Shown piece by piece: positions 1 to 12,218 of a stretch of 60,000 bases of DNA. The notes beneath the pieces are model-generated. The model had not been told where the DNA came from. It made no database searches and saw only the letters and a program-made list of their open reading frames with translations. The stretch is from Mobula hypostoma (Eukaryota). The position numbers were made by a program, and so were the translations under genes. Every line of letters begins with the position of its first letter. Position 1 is the first letter of the stretch. The stretch covers positions 99,450,001 through 99,510,000 of the forward strand of contig NC_086107.1 in assembly GCF_963921235.1 (NCBI RefSeq), read 5' to 3'.

Positions 1-761
1 CATTATTGCCCTTCACCTGTCACCGACCAGCCCACCTGGCTTCTCCCTCTCCCTCCCTTATACCAGCTACAGTACTGTGCAAAAGTCTTCGACACATACA
101 CACTGTATAGCCAGGGAGCCCAAGACTTTTGCACAGTACTGTAGTAATTTTATGCACTGCACTGTACTGCTGCTGTAAAAAAAACCACACAATTTTGTGA
201 GTGATGATAAACCTGATTCTGATATGGGTCTCTATTGTGGACTGAGAGTGGGAAGGGGGCAGGGAGAGGGGAATCATGGCTGGGAAAAGGAGAAGGGAGA
301 GGGAAGTACCAGAGAGACATTCTGTAATGATCAATAAAGCAATCGTTTGGGATCAAATGATCCTGCCTGGTGTGTCAGGGCTGGCTGTGCCATCCCTCAC
401 CCGGGCAGCCTCTTTCGGCCACCTGTTCCACACCCCTCCTGCGGCGCTCCACCCTCGCCATTCCCAACCTCCTTTGCTCCCACCAGATTTACAAACTCAC
501 GTTCCACTCCACGTGGACAAATACAAAGGTCACGGCTACACTCTCAATCCTGATGCAGTGTTCCAGCTCTCCCTCTGACTTCACAGACGCTGCCTGACCC
601 ACTGAACTCCTCCGACAGTCTGTCTGTTGCTCCAGATCTCGGTCTCAGCTACTCATTCACTGCCCTGGCTGTTATCAGTTTACGCTCGGGCTGACTTCGA
701 TGATGTGAAGTATTGGGCGGTGAGGATGGGACACAACGGATGGAAGTTGCTGCTTTCTTAC

Positions 762-994
762 CGTACACCGCTGGACCTCAGTGCAGAACCGGAGCTCCGA
801 GAAGAACTTCATGATGGACTCGGTGCTGACGGCCACCCCTTCCTCCAGCGTCCGAATCTTACTGTGCACAATCGCCTCCTTCAGGCCCACGTTGGTCACT
901 AATAGGGGTCCCATCTGACTCTTGTGGGTCGCCTGGTTGGAATCAGTTGTCACAGCAACATGGAATGCATCCTTCCTCTCCTTCCATATTCCAG
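762..994 (-). CDS. FAM234B: FAM234B coding exon 12 (probably penultimate; no stop before the donor)
   Basis: Encodes TGIWKERKDAFHVAVTT...LLVTNVGLKEA...IMKFFSELRFCTEVQRCT. Acceptor TTCATACAG|CT, donor ACG|GTAAGA. 233 nt. Read-through of the donor would stop at 675. Confidence 0.88.
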
Positions 995-2453
995 CTGTAT
1001 GAAGATATCCCATTAAATTTCACAGTACAGTATCATGGATTAAGAAGGGCAAGAGTTGATCACCTTAAAATCAATTTAAAATAGGTTTGCATTGACATAA
1101 CCCTGTTGATGTAAACAAACTTCTATAAAGAGCATCGTAAGTGGTTGCATTACAGCCTGGTATGGAAACACCGATACCCAGGCTCAGAAAAGACTCCTCT
1201 TAGGAAAGACAGGAGTTGCTCAGTATTCATTCACCCCATTTACAAGCAGTGGGCCTCTGTCGGTCGGAGTCTACTGTGGATTTTGCATCCTGGCTGTCTA
1301 CGCGATACGCAAGCCAGGACAGTACGACACGGAGAGCAAGCTGTTTCCCATTCAGCAGGCTGCCCCTCTCCACGCAGCCGATGCATCCAAAGGAACAGCA
1401 GAGACCGATACAGTCTGGCACCAGCAGCCCGTCAGCATTCAGCCTCTCGCCTCTGGTCTGCTCTTCAGTGAAACGGGGACCTTGGTGCCCCCTTCCTGTA
1501 CTGAATCCCTTGAAGCTCTGGTACTCAACGTAGAACTGCCTTAGGGATGCCAGTTCCGGATTTTCCCCCTCGGGGTTTACTCCTGAAGCCTTCCCCATGA
1601 GTGGATACAGCCGCAGGGCAGCGCAAATTTGAGCTAAGAGTTTTCCTTCTCCTAGATGAGCTGCCAACCATGGCTGATGAGTGCCATCTGCCCGAATTTA
1701 CAACCAGAGCCTCAAGGGATTCGATGGATATAGAGACAGTGCGGGAAGCTGGCACCAAGGCAAAAGGTCAGTCACAATTTCACTGGAACAGATCAGAGCG
1801 GAGGGACTGAATGGCCTCGTCTCCTCCTCCCTCTTATGCAAGCTGCAGCTTCATAGAGAACGTTCAGCACAGTAAAATGTTCCAGGACACCTTACAGGAT
1901 TGCTATCAAAGAACAAATTACCACCGTCTAAAAGCTCATCCCCTCCCACCCCCTCACCCTCTCCAGAAACCTGGGTTCAATCCTGATCAATCAAGCGGAG
2001 TTTCCATGTTCTCCCTGTCACTACTAGGCTTCCCCCCGGGTCTGTGACTCACCCTGAAGGTGTACAGACATTTCATTATCATTATGTGTCGTGTTGGATG
2101 ACGTGGGCGATCATGCTCTTTCAATGACCATGATTGTTCTTGGCAAATTCTTCTACAGAAGTGTTTTGCCATTTGCCTTCTTCTGGACAGTGTCTTCACA
2201 AGACGGGTGACCCCAGCCATTATCAATACCCTCCAGAGATTGTCCGCCTGGCATCAACCAGGACTTGTGATGTGCAGCAGCTGCACACACGACCATCCAC
2301 CACCTGCTCCCAGGGCTTCACGTGACCCCGATTGGGGTAGGGGGGGGCTAAGCGGGTGATACACCTTACCCAAGGCCAGTGGAGGGAAGCAGCACCTTAC
2401 ACCTCCTTGGGTAGAGACGTATCTCGACCCCGCCAGCCAAAGACAGTTCATTC

Positions 2454-2680
2454 AACACACACAAAATTCTGGAGGAACTCAGCAGGCCAGGCAGCATCTA
2501 CAAAAAAGAAACAGTTGACATTTCGGGCCAAGACCCTTTGGCAGGACCTCCGAAGGGTTTCGGCCCGAAACGTCGACTGTTTATTCCTTTCCATTGATGC
2601 TGCCTGGCCTGCTGAGTTCCTCCAGCATTTTGCGTGTTTTGCTCAGACTTCCAGCATCTGCAGATCTTCTCGTTTGTGAA
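2454..2680. mobile_element. Palindromic Penelope-end element
   Basis: CACAAAATTCTGGAGGAACTCAGCAGGCCAGGCAGCATC followed by its reverse complement. Confidence 0.75.
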
Positions 2681-3256
2681 AGACGGTTCATTAACTGCTG
2701 TAAATTACCCCCTTTTGTGTATATAGTTATTGAGAAGAAGGATCAGAGGAGACCTGATGGACGTGTGTGAAAGAGAATATGTTACAGGGGTAAAAGGAAT
2801 AAAGGGAAGAGGAACAGGGAATGTTGAATTGCTGCCCCAGGGAGCAGCATGGACTAGATGGGCTGAATAGACCCTCTGTGCAGGTCAGGTGGGTGGGTTT
2901 AACGACATAGAAGCAGAATTAGGGAATTTGGTACGAACATTTATTGAAGTAGATGGAAGGAGCAGCCACGTGAATGTGTGCCCATTGATAACAGGTGAGA
3001 GGGTAATACCAGGTACGTGAGAGACCGAGCCCACAGGAAGAGGGAGATTACGTGGGCACGGTGAGAAGCTGGATGAGGGGCAGGCAGAGATCAAGGGGGC
3101 GACGTGAAGAGAGAAATAAATGAGCAAGATTCCGGACTGGAGCCATTTGAGATCAGAAAATCCTGGAGAGGCTGCTACTGTGGGAATGGGGGTAGTGTCT
3201 GCAGGGCACAAGCAGTATTGGAGAGGACACTGATAATACCCAGATGCCTCGATGCC

Positions 3257-5051
3257 ATTGAGAGACGGGCACAGCTCCATAAAGTGTGGGGTGGGGGCAT
3301 TGAGAGACGGGTACAGCTCCATAAAGTGGGCGGTGGGGGCATTGAGAGACGGGCACAGGTCCATAAAGTGGGGGGGCATTGAGAGACGGGCACAGGTCCA
3401 TAAAGTGGGGAGGCATTGAGAGACAGGCACAGGTCCATAAAGTGGGGGGGGCATTGAGAAATGGGCACAGGTCCATAAGGTGGGGGGGGGCATTGAGAGA
3501 TGGGTACAGCTCCATAAAGTGGGCGGTGGGGGCATTGAGAGACGGGCACAGGTCCATAAGGTGGGGGGGCATTGAGAGATGGGCACAGCTCCATAAAGTG
3601 GGCGGTGGGGGCATTGAGAGACAGGCACAGGTCCATAAAGTGGGGGGGGGCATTGAGAGACGGGTACAGCTCCATAAAGTGGGCGGTGGGGGCATTGGGA
3701 GATGGGCACAGTTCCATAAAGTGGGGGGGGCATTGAGAGACAGGCACAGGTCCATAAAGTGGGGGGGCATTGAGAGATGGGCACAGGTCCATAAAATGGG
3801 GGGGCATTGAGAGACGGGCACAGGTCCATAAAGTGGGGGGGCATTGAGAGACGGGCACAGCTCCATAAAGTAGGGGGGCATTGAGAGACAGGCACAGGTC
3901 CATAATGTGGGGGGGCATTGAGAGATGGGCACAGGTCCATAAAGTGGGGGGGCATTGAGAGATGGGCATAGGTCCATAAGGTGGGGGGGGCATTGAGAGA
4001 CGGGTACAGCTCCATAAAGTGGGCGGTGGGGGCATTGAGAGATGGGCACAGGTCCATAAAATGGGGGGGCATTGAGAGACGGGCACAGGTCCATAAAGTG
4101 GGGGGGCATTGAGAGACGGGCACAGCTCCATAAAGTAGGGGGGCATTGAGAGACAGGCACAGGTCCATAATGTGGGGGGGCATTGAGAGATGGGCACAGG
4201 TCCATAAAGTGGGGGGGCATTGAGAGATGGGCATAGGTCCATAAAGTGGGGGGGCATTGAGAGACAGGCACAGGTCCATAAAGTGGGGGGGCATTGAGAG
4301 ACGGGCACAGGTCCATAAAGTGGGGGGGCATTGAGAGACGGGCACAGGTCCATAAAGTGGGGGGGCATTGAGAGACAGGCACAGGTCCATAAAGTGGGGG
4401 GGATTGAGAGACAGGCACAGGTCCATAAAGTGGGGGGGCATTGAGAGACGGGCACAGGTCCATAAAGTGGGGGGGGCATTGAGAGATGGGTACAGCTCCA
4501 TAAAGTGGGCGGTGGGGGCATTGAGAAATGGGCACAGTTCCATAAAGTGGGGGGGGGCATTGAGAGACAGGCACAGGTCCATAAAGTGGGGGGGCATTGA
4601 GAGATGGGCACAGGTCCATAAAGTGGGGGGGCATTGAGAGACGGGCACAGCTCCATAAAGTGGGGGGGCATTGAGAGATGGGTACAGCTCCATAAAGTGG
4701 GCGGTGGGGGCATTGAGAGACAGGCACAGGTCCATAAAGTGGGGGGGCATTGAGAAATGGGCACAGTTCCATAAAGTGGGGGGGCATTGAGAGACAGGCA
4801 CAGGTCCATAAAGTGGGGGGGCATTGAGAGACGGGCACAGCTCCATAAAGTGGGGGGGCATTGAGAGATGGGTACAGCTCCATAAAGTGGGCGGTGGGGG
4901 CATTGAGAAATGGGCACAGTTCCATAAAGTGGGGGGGCATTGAGAGACAGGCACAGGTCCATAATGTGGGGGGGGCATTGAGAGATGGGCACAGGTCCAT
5001 AAAGTGGGGGGGCATTGAGAGACGGGCACAGCTCCATGAAATGGGGGGGGG
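3257..5051. repeat. G-rich minisatellite, 37-42 bp unit, roughly 45 copies
   Basis: Unit CATTGAGAGAYRGGCACAGSTCCATAAAGT(G)n, with a longer variant ending GGGCGGTGGGGG. Confidence 0.97.
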
Positions 5052-5868
5052 TGTCAACGTACCTCAGGGATTCTTTAGAAGAATGAGGGGTGATTTTATT
5101 GAAAGATACGTGATCCTGAAGGGGCAGATGTTGACATGCTTCTACTCGTGGAGGAGGTTACAACAAGTCATCATTTAAACCTGAGGTTTATGGGACTTTC
5201 TCCTCAAACAGGCTGATGAATCTCTGTCCAGAAAGGTTGTGGAGGATAGATCATTGGGGGGTTTTGAAGCTCAGTGATGAGGAACTGGCACTGAAGAAGG
5301 TGGAGCGGCCTGGGACAGATCAGCCATGGTCATACTGAAGGGTGGGGGGGCAGGCTTGATGGCTGGTGTGGGCTGCAGCAGCTCCTCTTTTCCCATGTTG
5401 CTGTGAAGCACAGAGCCATTCCTGGCTGGCGGTATCTCTCGGGGAGGGGGAATTGACAACTATTTAGCTCTTTCACCATTAATATTTAGTAGTGCAACAA
5501 TCTTACAACCTGGGCTTTATCCCCCGTGCCTGGACACAATGCGGAGCAGGTAGTTATCTGCTCTGTACCCAAATGCACAGGGATGGGATTAGGACCAGGA
5601 TCAGGCCTTTAACACACGGCACAGTAATTATCCCGAGATTCCCAGATGGAGAAGACACAGATATCAACTTCCATTCCGACGAGGTCGGAAGCTTCTCAGC
5701 TACCGCCCGGCCAGGTAAAGACCATCCTTTTATCAGTGCCGGCTGCTCCCTACAGAATGAGAGATTAGCAGAACAAAAAGTGAGCCACTGACTGAAGTCC
5801 ACACGAGACACAATGCCTGCTGTGTTGGGAGACCTCGCGGGAGTGATGGAAGAGTGTACTTGGCTCAG

Positions 5869-5963
5869 CTGAACCCCGAGAACAGTGACACTGATAACCT
5901 GAACCCCGAGAATGGCGACACTGATAACCTGAACCCCGAGAACGGCGACACTGATAACCTGAG
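5869..5963. repeat. 30-bp tandem repeat, about 3 copies
   Basis: CTGAACCCCGAGAAYRGYGACACTGATAAC repeated three times. Confidence 0.9.
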
Positions 5964-6179
5964 TGCTTCGGCATTTATTCAGAGCCGTGTGGGATCGTGG
6001 ATAAAATTCACAGACATCTTTATCTCCCCACTTGACTACCCCAATGGCTTCCTGGCTGGCCTCCCAGACTCCATGAATATGAGCTCATTGGAAACTCTGC
6101 TGCCTGTCTCCCTTACCCTTCTGTTCACCTCCCCCGCGGCCTCAACTCTCCCTGCCCCTGCATCATCCAGCGCCCGAGA

Positions 6180-6730
6180 CTGGGGACGCGCTGCAGACTG
6201 GGCGCAGGGCACGGGGGACGCATTGCAGGCCGTGCGTAGGGAACGCACACCACTGCAGACTGCGGGCGGGGAACAGTAACGCACTGCAGACGGTGCGCAG
6301 GGAATGGCGACGCACCGCAGGCCGCGTACCGGGCATGGGGGCGCACCGCAGACTGAATACTGAGTATGGGGACGCACTGCAGACCAGGTACCAGGCATGG
6401 GCCCGCACTGCAGAGCGCGTACCGGGCATGGGCACGCACCGCAGACTGAACACTGAGTGTGGGGACGCACTGCAGAGCGCGTACTGGGCATGGGCGCGCA
6501 CCGCAGACTGCGTACTGGGCACGGGGATGCGCTGCAGACCAGGTACCAAGCACGGGGGTGCACTGCAGACCAGGTACCAAGCACAGGGGCGCACTGCAGA
6601 CTGAATACTGAGTATGGGGATGCACTGCAGACCGGGTACCGGGCATGGGCACGCACTGCAGAGTGGGTACCAGGCATGGGCCCGCACTGCAGACCGGGTA
6701 CCGGGCACAGAGTCGCACCGCAGACCGTAT
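6180..6730. repeat. CpG-rich degenerate minisatellite (about 30-35 bp unit, core GCACTGCAGAC)
   Basis: Recurrent GCACTGCAGAC...GTACCGGGCATGGG units. Confidence 0.9.
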
Positions 6731-6819
6731 ATAGATTAATAGAGTTGACAGAAGAGTGTGCACAGTTATTAGATCATATACCACATGGTTAATCTGCTTG
6801 CTATTTTGAAATTCTGCAC

Positions 6820-7025
6820 ACTGCTTTACAGTGCCAGCCATCCAGGTTCAATTCCCGTCGCTGCCTGCCGGGGGTTTGTGTGTTCTCCCCGTGACCGCGT
6901 AGGTTTCCTCCCGCAGTCCAAAGACGTACCGGTTGGTAGGTTAATTGGTCATTGTCAATTGTCCCGTGATTGGGCTAGGATTAAATCGGGGGATTGCTGG
7001 GGGGCACGGCACACTGTATCTCATT
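6820..7025 (+). mobile_element. V-SINE-like (HE1-related) element; one of many copies
   Basis: GGTTCAATTCC B box followed by TCTCCCCGTGACCGCG...TTTCCTCCC.CAGTCCAAAGAC. Similar copies near 16070, 18090, 19400, 28085, 32005, 55275 (-) and 59770 (-). Confidence 0.7.
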
Positions 7026-7054
7026 ACCCCTTGGAGTTCTGAGCCGGTACTCAC

Positions 7055-7172
7055 TGGCTGATGCAGTTACTGGGCCCGAGCTGGTGGCCAGCTCCAAGAG
7101 CACGCCAGGGTACGACGGGTGCAGGAGGAAGAGGCGGTATCGGTTGCCGCGGTCGGGGTCGGTCCTCCAGAT
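7055..7172 (-). CDS. FAM234B: FAM234B coding exon 11
   Basis: Encodes IWRTDPDRGNRYRLFLLHPSYPGVLLELATSSGPVTASA. Acceptor CACTCGCAG|AT, donor CCA|GTGAGT. 118 nt, phase 0 to 1. Confidence 0.92.
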
Positions 7173-7529
7173 CTGCGAGTGGACAGAACAATGGCCAATC
7201 AGCAACACTGCCTTGAGCTCACTGTCACACAGAGAGTACGGACACAGGCTGGGTGGCTGGCCACACCTCACACAGAGGCTCAGGTCCCGACTGGTACCTC
7301 AGCCGCCTCTCGAGTCTGACTGAAGCGACACCACCTAGTCCTTACCCACCACACGGATGACAGACATACCCACACGAGGTAGCCTCATTCATAATGAATT
7401 CCTCCTCCTCCCCCTCCCATAACCTCCTCCAGGTCAAGTGCTCCCACCCCACTTCCCTCCCTTCTCACTACAGAGCTGCCGGCCACAGCAGAGTCACTCT
7501 CACTGCCTGTATTGGAGACACCGCATCTA

Positions 7530-7925
7530 TGCTCCCCACCCCAGAGCCGTCCTCCACAGTGGAACCACTCTCCATGGGGGAGCCACTCTACACTCTCCAG
7601 CATGGAGCTACCTTGCCCACGGACCCCACCACGGAGTTGCCCTACTCTCCCGCAGTCCCCACTGCGGAGCTACTGGGCGCAGGGTTCCTACTGTGAAGCT
7701 GCCCTCCATGCTGGAGCCACTCCCAATCCCCACTGCGGAGCTACTTGGCACAAGATTCCTACTGTGAAGCTACTCTCCACGGCGGAGCCACTCCCAGTCC
7801 CCACTGCAGAGCCCCTCTCCTGCAGTCCCCACTGCGGAGCTACTGGGCGCAGGGTTCCTACTGTGAAGCTACTCTCCACGGCGGGGCCACTCCCAGTCCC
7901 TTCTCCACCCACTTTCCCTACTACG
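7530..7925. repeat. Degenerate tandem repeat (about 70 bp unit)
   Basis: CCCACTGCGGAGCTACTGGGCGCAGGGTTCCTACTGTGAAGCT recurs near 7658, 7729 and 7828. Confidence 0.85.
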
Positions 7926-8292
7926 GAGGTCCAGCAGTTAAACTAGAGTTAGCCCGAGGCTTGAGCTAACAGCTTGCGACTTGAGTTCACCATGACAACT
8001 CTGGAATTTACTTTTAGTCAGTCATCTGGAATTAGTAACGATAATCACAAAACTACTAAGTTGTTGTAAATGTCCTTTTAGTTCACTAATGACCTTCAGG
8101 AGAAGAATACTGCCATCCTTCCCCAGTGTGGCCTACACCCACAGCTCCAGGCCCAACAATACGATCACTCTCAACTATCTTCTGAAAGAGTCCCCCAAGC
8201 CCAGAGGTAATTAGAGGTGGGCCAAGAACAGTGAGGAAGAACTCACCAACTGATGAGATCCCTCCACTTTCAGACAGTTTCTCTCCACTCAC

Positions 8293-8442
8293 CGAACGCT
8301 CCGCTCCACATTCTCCGGCCCAGAACAGGAACGCTGACCGCCCATCGGACAGAGGGAGGGAGGCTGCCTCTGAGCCCTGGCTCCGGCACCCCAGCTCTGC
8401 CTGCCACAGCTCCTTGCCCGAGCTCCCATCGATAATTAAACT
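8293..8442 (-). CDS. FAM234B: FAM234B coding exon 10
   Basis: Encodes SLIIDGSSGKELWQAELGC...SDGRSAFLFWAGECGAERS. Acceptor TCCAACAG|AG, donor TCG|GTGAGT. 150 nt. Confidence 0.92.
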
Positions 8443-9410
8443 CTGTTGGACATAAACTTCGTGAGATTCGTTCACAGGCATTAAAATGGAGGCTACAGCA
8501 ACACGACTACAGGGCAACTAGCAACCGAAGGACAAGTTTTTCTTACACAGGTAGTAACTGGAATGCACTTGCAGAGCAGGTGGTGGGATAGGATACACTG
8601 ACTATGTTTAGGAGACAGGTTACAGGCACTTAGATACACAAGGCACAGAATGGTATGTCCCTAATGCCGCCAATTCGGATTAGCGTAGGTGGGCAAAAAG
8701 ATCAGCATGAACACGGAGGGCTGAATGGCCTATTTCTGTGTTGTACCCACTCTGTGACAAGCCATCGCTGCAAGTTAGTGGGGTTTTCCCCACTAACGGA
8801 GGGCAACTTTAGATCAGCAAGTCCAAAGCAAGGAACTGCAGCGTTGAGGGAAGGTGTTTGAGATGATGAGGGGTCGAGGGGAGAAGGACTGTGAATCTGT
8901 ACCAGAAGTGAAACGGTCCCTTTCTATGCAGCAAACACTGAAAGCTCCAGCAAACCCTGCAAACACAAGAGAGGTCGGAGAGTCACTTGGCCCACCAGAG
9001 ACTGCAGATGTTGGAATGTGCAGCAACAGGCAATACTCTGGAGGAACGCAGCAGTCAAGCAATACCTGTGGGAGGAAAGGAATTGTTGCCATTCCGGATC
9101 ATAACCCTTCTTCAGGATCCAAAACGTCAACAATTCCCTTCCTTCCAGACATGCTGACTGACCCCCAGGGTTCCTCCAGCAGATTGTTTGTAGTCCCTTA
9201 CATCTGCTCTGCTATTTCATGAGATCATGACCGATCTTTTATCTTCCTTCACTCACCCAGTAGCCCTTAGGTTCCAAAAATCTACTGATCTCATCTGGGA
9301 TACACTCAGCAACTGAGGCTCCCCTGCCTTCTTGAAAAGAGAATCCCAAAGGTTCGCCATCTCCCACCTTATCTCTTGCCTTAATGAGACTGTGTGCCCT
9401 GGATCTAGAC

Positions 9411-9491
9411 CAGGGGCGCCCAACCTGGGGTTTCACGGACCCCTCGGTTAACAGGAGAAGTCCAAGGCATAAATAAGGTTGGGAACCCCTG
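9411..9491. mobile_element. 81-bp hAT (Charlie-like) MITE
   Basis: CAGGGG...CCCCTG termini; perfect 8-bp TSD ATCTAGAC. Related copies at 20034-20118 and partial at about 50795-50840. Confidence 0.85.
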
Positions 9492-9764
9492 ATCTAGACC
9501 CTCCGGTCGGGGAAGCATCACCTTGCATCCACCCCGTTAAGTTCGGTAAGAATTCTGTGCAAGAAACTTGCCACGGGGAAAAACTTGAGTAGGAGAATGG
9601 GACATGTTCAGGGGAGGTAAAACCTTGTGCAATAGGCCTGTGTATAAGGGGACATGGCACGTGTGGTGTTTGCATGAAAAAGACAGATTACTTAAAGTAT
9701 GACTGCTATGACAGCAATCATTGCCTGTAACCACTGTGTATTCTGTTTTCCATAAGAAATAAAG

Positions 9765-10245
9765 AACCGTGGAGAGCATTCTGACTGGCTGCATCACCGT
9801 CTAGTACGGGGGTGGGGGGTGTTATTGCACAGGATCGAAGTCAGGTGCAAAGAGTTGTAAACTTAGTTATCTCCATCATGGGCACTGGCCTCCATAGTAT
9901 CCCAGACACCTTCAAGGAACTGTGCCTCAGAAAGGCAGCGTCCCTCATTAAGGATCCCCACTATCCAGGTCGCGCCTTGTTTTCATTACTACCATCAGGA
10001 AGGAGATACAGGAGCCTGAAGGCACACACTCAAATGATTCAGGAACAGCTTCTTCCCCTCTGCCATCAGATTTCTGAATGGACATTGAATCGATGAACAC
10101 TACCTCACTACTTTTTTTAATTTCTATTTCTGCACTACTTAATTTAACTAATTCATTATTTTTCTTTTTATTCATTGTATTGCTGCCATAAAGACAATAA
10201 ATTTCATGACATATGCCAGTGATATTAAACCTGATTCTGATTCAG
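9765..10245 (+). mobile_element. L2/Rex-like LINE 3' fragment
   Basis: CLRKAASLIKDPHYPGRALFSLLPSGRRYRSLK peptide; (CTGATT)n tail. Confidence 0.8.
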
Positions 10246-10589
10246 ATATAATCTTATTGTCAACACTTTGAATAAGGCTGTGGAATATTGAGAGCAGTTT
10301 AATTTTATTTACTTCCTTATTATTTAATTCAGTGATACCGCATGGAGTGGGCCTTTCTGGCCCTTCGAGCCAGAAAACCCCACTAAACCCAACTAATCCT
10401 GACCTAATCACAGGATAATTTACAATGAGCAACTAACCCACCCGGTACGTCCTTGGATTCTGGGAGGAAACTGGAGCCCCCAAGGAAAACCCAAGCATTC
10501 CACAGGGAGGACGTACAGCCTCCTTACAGAATGGTGCCAGAACTGATCTCCAAACTCTGGAACGCCCTGGCCGCTATGTTAACACAGAG

Positions 10590-11120
10590 TCCCTCAGTAA
10601 GAAAGGATGTGCTGGCTTTGGAACGTGTCCAGAGGACGCTTATGAGAATGATCCCGGGAAAGAAGAGGTTAACGTATGAAGAGCGTTGGAAGATCTTGGC
10701 CATGTACACCCTAGAGTTTAGAAGAATATAAGAGAGGATTTCATTGAAACCCATCAGATATGGTAAGGCCCAGATAGTGTAGACGTCAAGAGGGTGTCTC
10801 CTGTAGTGAGGGAGTCTCAGACCGAACGGCACACTCTAAGAATAGAAGACTTTACTTTAGAACAGAGATAAGGAGGAATTTCTTTAGCCAGAAGGTGGTG
10901 AATATGTAGAATTCATTGCCACCGGTGGTTGTGGAGGCCAAGTCACTGGGTATATTTAACGCTGAGCTTGGGAGGTTCTTGATTAGAATGGATGTCGTAG
11001 GCTATGGGGAGAAGGCTAGCAAGTAGGGTTGGGAGGGAAAGTAAAGCAGCAATGATCAAATGACGGAGAAGTCTTGATGGGCTGAATGACCTAATTCTGC
11101 TCCTATGTCTGATGGTCTTG
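10590..11120 (+). mobile_element. CR1 LINE 3' fragment
   Basis: RKDVLALERVQRTLMRMIPG peptide and CR1 3' UTR. Confidence 0.85.
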
Positions 11121-11329
11121 GGTTTAGTTATTCCACAGAGCACGCCCTGCCTGGACCTGCTTCCTCTACTGTTAGGTCTCTGCCTTGTCTGTATCACAGT
11201 TCATCAGGTGGGACAGAAGCAGCACTGTACAGTGCTAAACAGTGCTGCGGAGAGCACTGGAGTGAGTGGTGTCTCAGACCCTCCACTGGACCCTTATGCA
11301 CCTGATTTCCTGTTGTTCAGTCAGAATCA

Positions 11330-11890
11330 CAACACCATAAGACACAGGAGCAGAGTTAGGCCATTCAGCCCATCCAGTCTCTCTGCCAGTCCATCATGGC
11401 TGATCCCAGATCCTACTCAACCCCACACACCCACCTCCGATCAGGAAACGATCAACTTCTGCCTTAGATATACCCACGAACTTGGCCTCCACCGCAGTCT
11501 GTGGCAGAGCATCCCACAGATTTACTACTCTCTGGCTAAATAAATTCTTCCTTACCTCTATTCTAAAGGGTCGCCCCCTCAGTTTTGAGGCTGTGCCCTC
11601 TAATCTGGATACCCCCTCCATGGGAAACATCCTCTCCACATCCACCCTATCCAGTCCTTTCAACATTCAGTAGGTTTCAATGAGATCCCCCCACATTCTT
11701 CTAAATTCCAGTGAGTACAGACCCAAAGCTGCCAAACGCTCCTCATATGTTAACCCCTTCAATCCCGGAATCATCCTCGTGAACCTCCTCTGGACTCTCT
11801 CCAATGACAACACATCCTTTCTGAGATACGGGGCCCAAAACTATTGACGATACTCCAAGTGTGGCCTGACTAGAGTCTTACAAAGGCTCA
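11330..11890 (-). mobile_element. CR1 LINE 3' fragment (inverted relative to the 10590 copy)
   Basis: MLKGLDRVDVERMFP...FSQRVVNLWDALP peptide. Confidence 0.85.
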
Positions 11891-12136
11891 GCGTTATTAA
11901 CATGAGTGGATGCAATGTAAAAAAAACCACAGGCAGGATGTTTCCAGCGGAATGGCAGATCTCAAAGCGGCCGAACCAGGGGGGCAGAGACTAGCTCGGT
12001 CCGTCCCAGGGCGCCTACTTGTGCTTGCACCATCCTGAAGGTGGGAGAGAGCCAAGAGGGCCTATTCACTCCCCGGGGAACGGTGTGGGGTGTCAGGACA
12101 CAAACGCCAGAGCAACCCGAAAGGACAAAGTCATAC

Positions 12137-12218
12137 CGTTTTCACATTGTTTCCATTGGTGACCTGGATCAGGAAATCGGGAACCCTGTCTTCATTGAAG
12201 AAGCCGGCCACAGGAGCA
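12137..12218 (-). CDS. FAM234B: FAM234B coding exon 9 (not in the supplied ORF track)
   Basis: Manual translation DAPVAGFFNEDRVPDFLIQVTNGNNVKT. Acceptor TTCCTTCCAG|T, donor ACG|GTATGA. 82 nt, phase 2 to 0. Confidence 0.92.

Noticed and set aside
2885..5057. Three overlapping 620-714 aa minus-strand ORFs
   Set aside because: They are translations of the minisatellite, whose unit lacks stop codons on that strand. The same peptides cycle through all three frames, and the region lies inside a FAM234B intron.
6036..6841. Several 100-240 aa Cys/Pro/Ala-rich ORFs
   Set aside because: They arise from the GC-rich tandem repeat and show no domain features.
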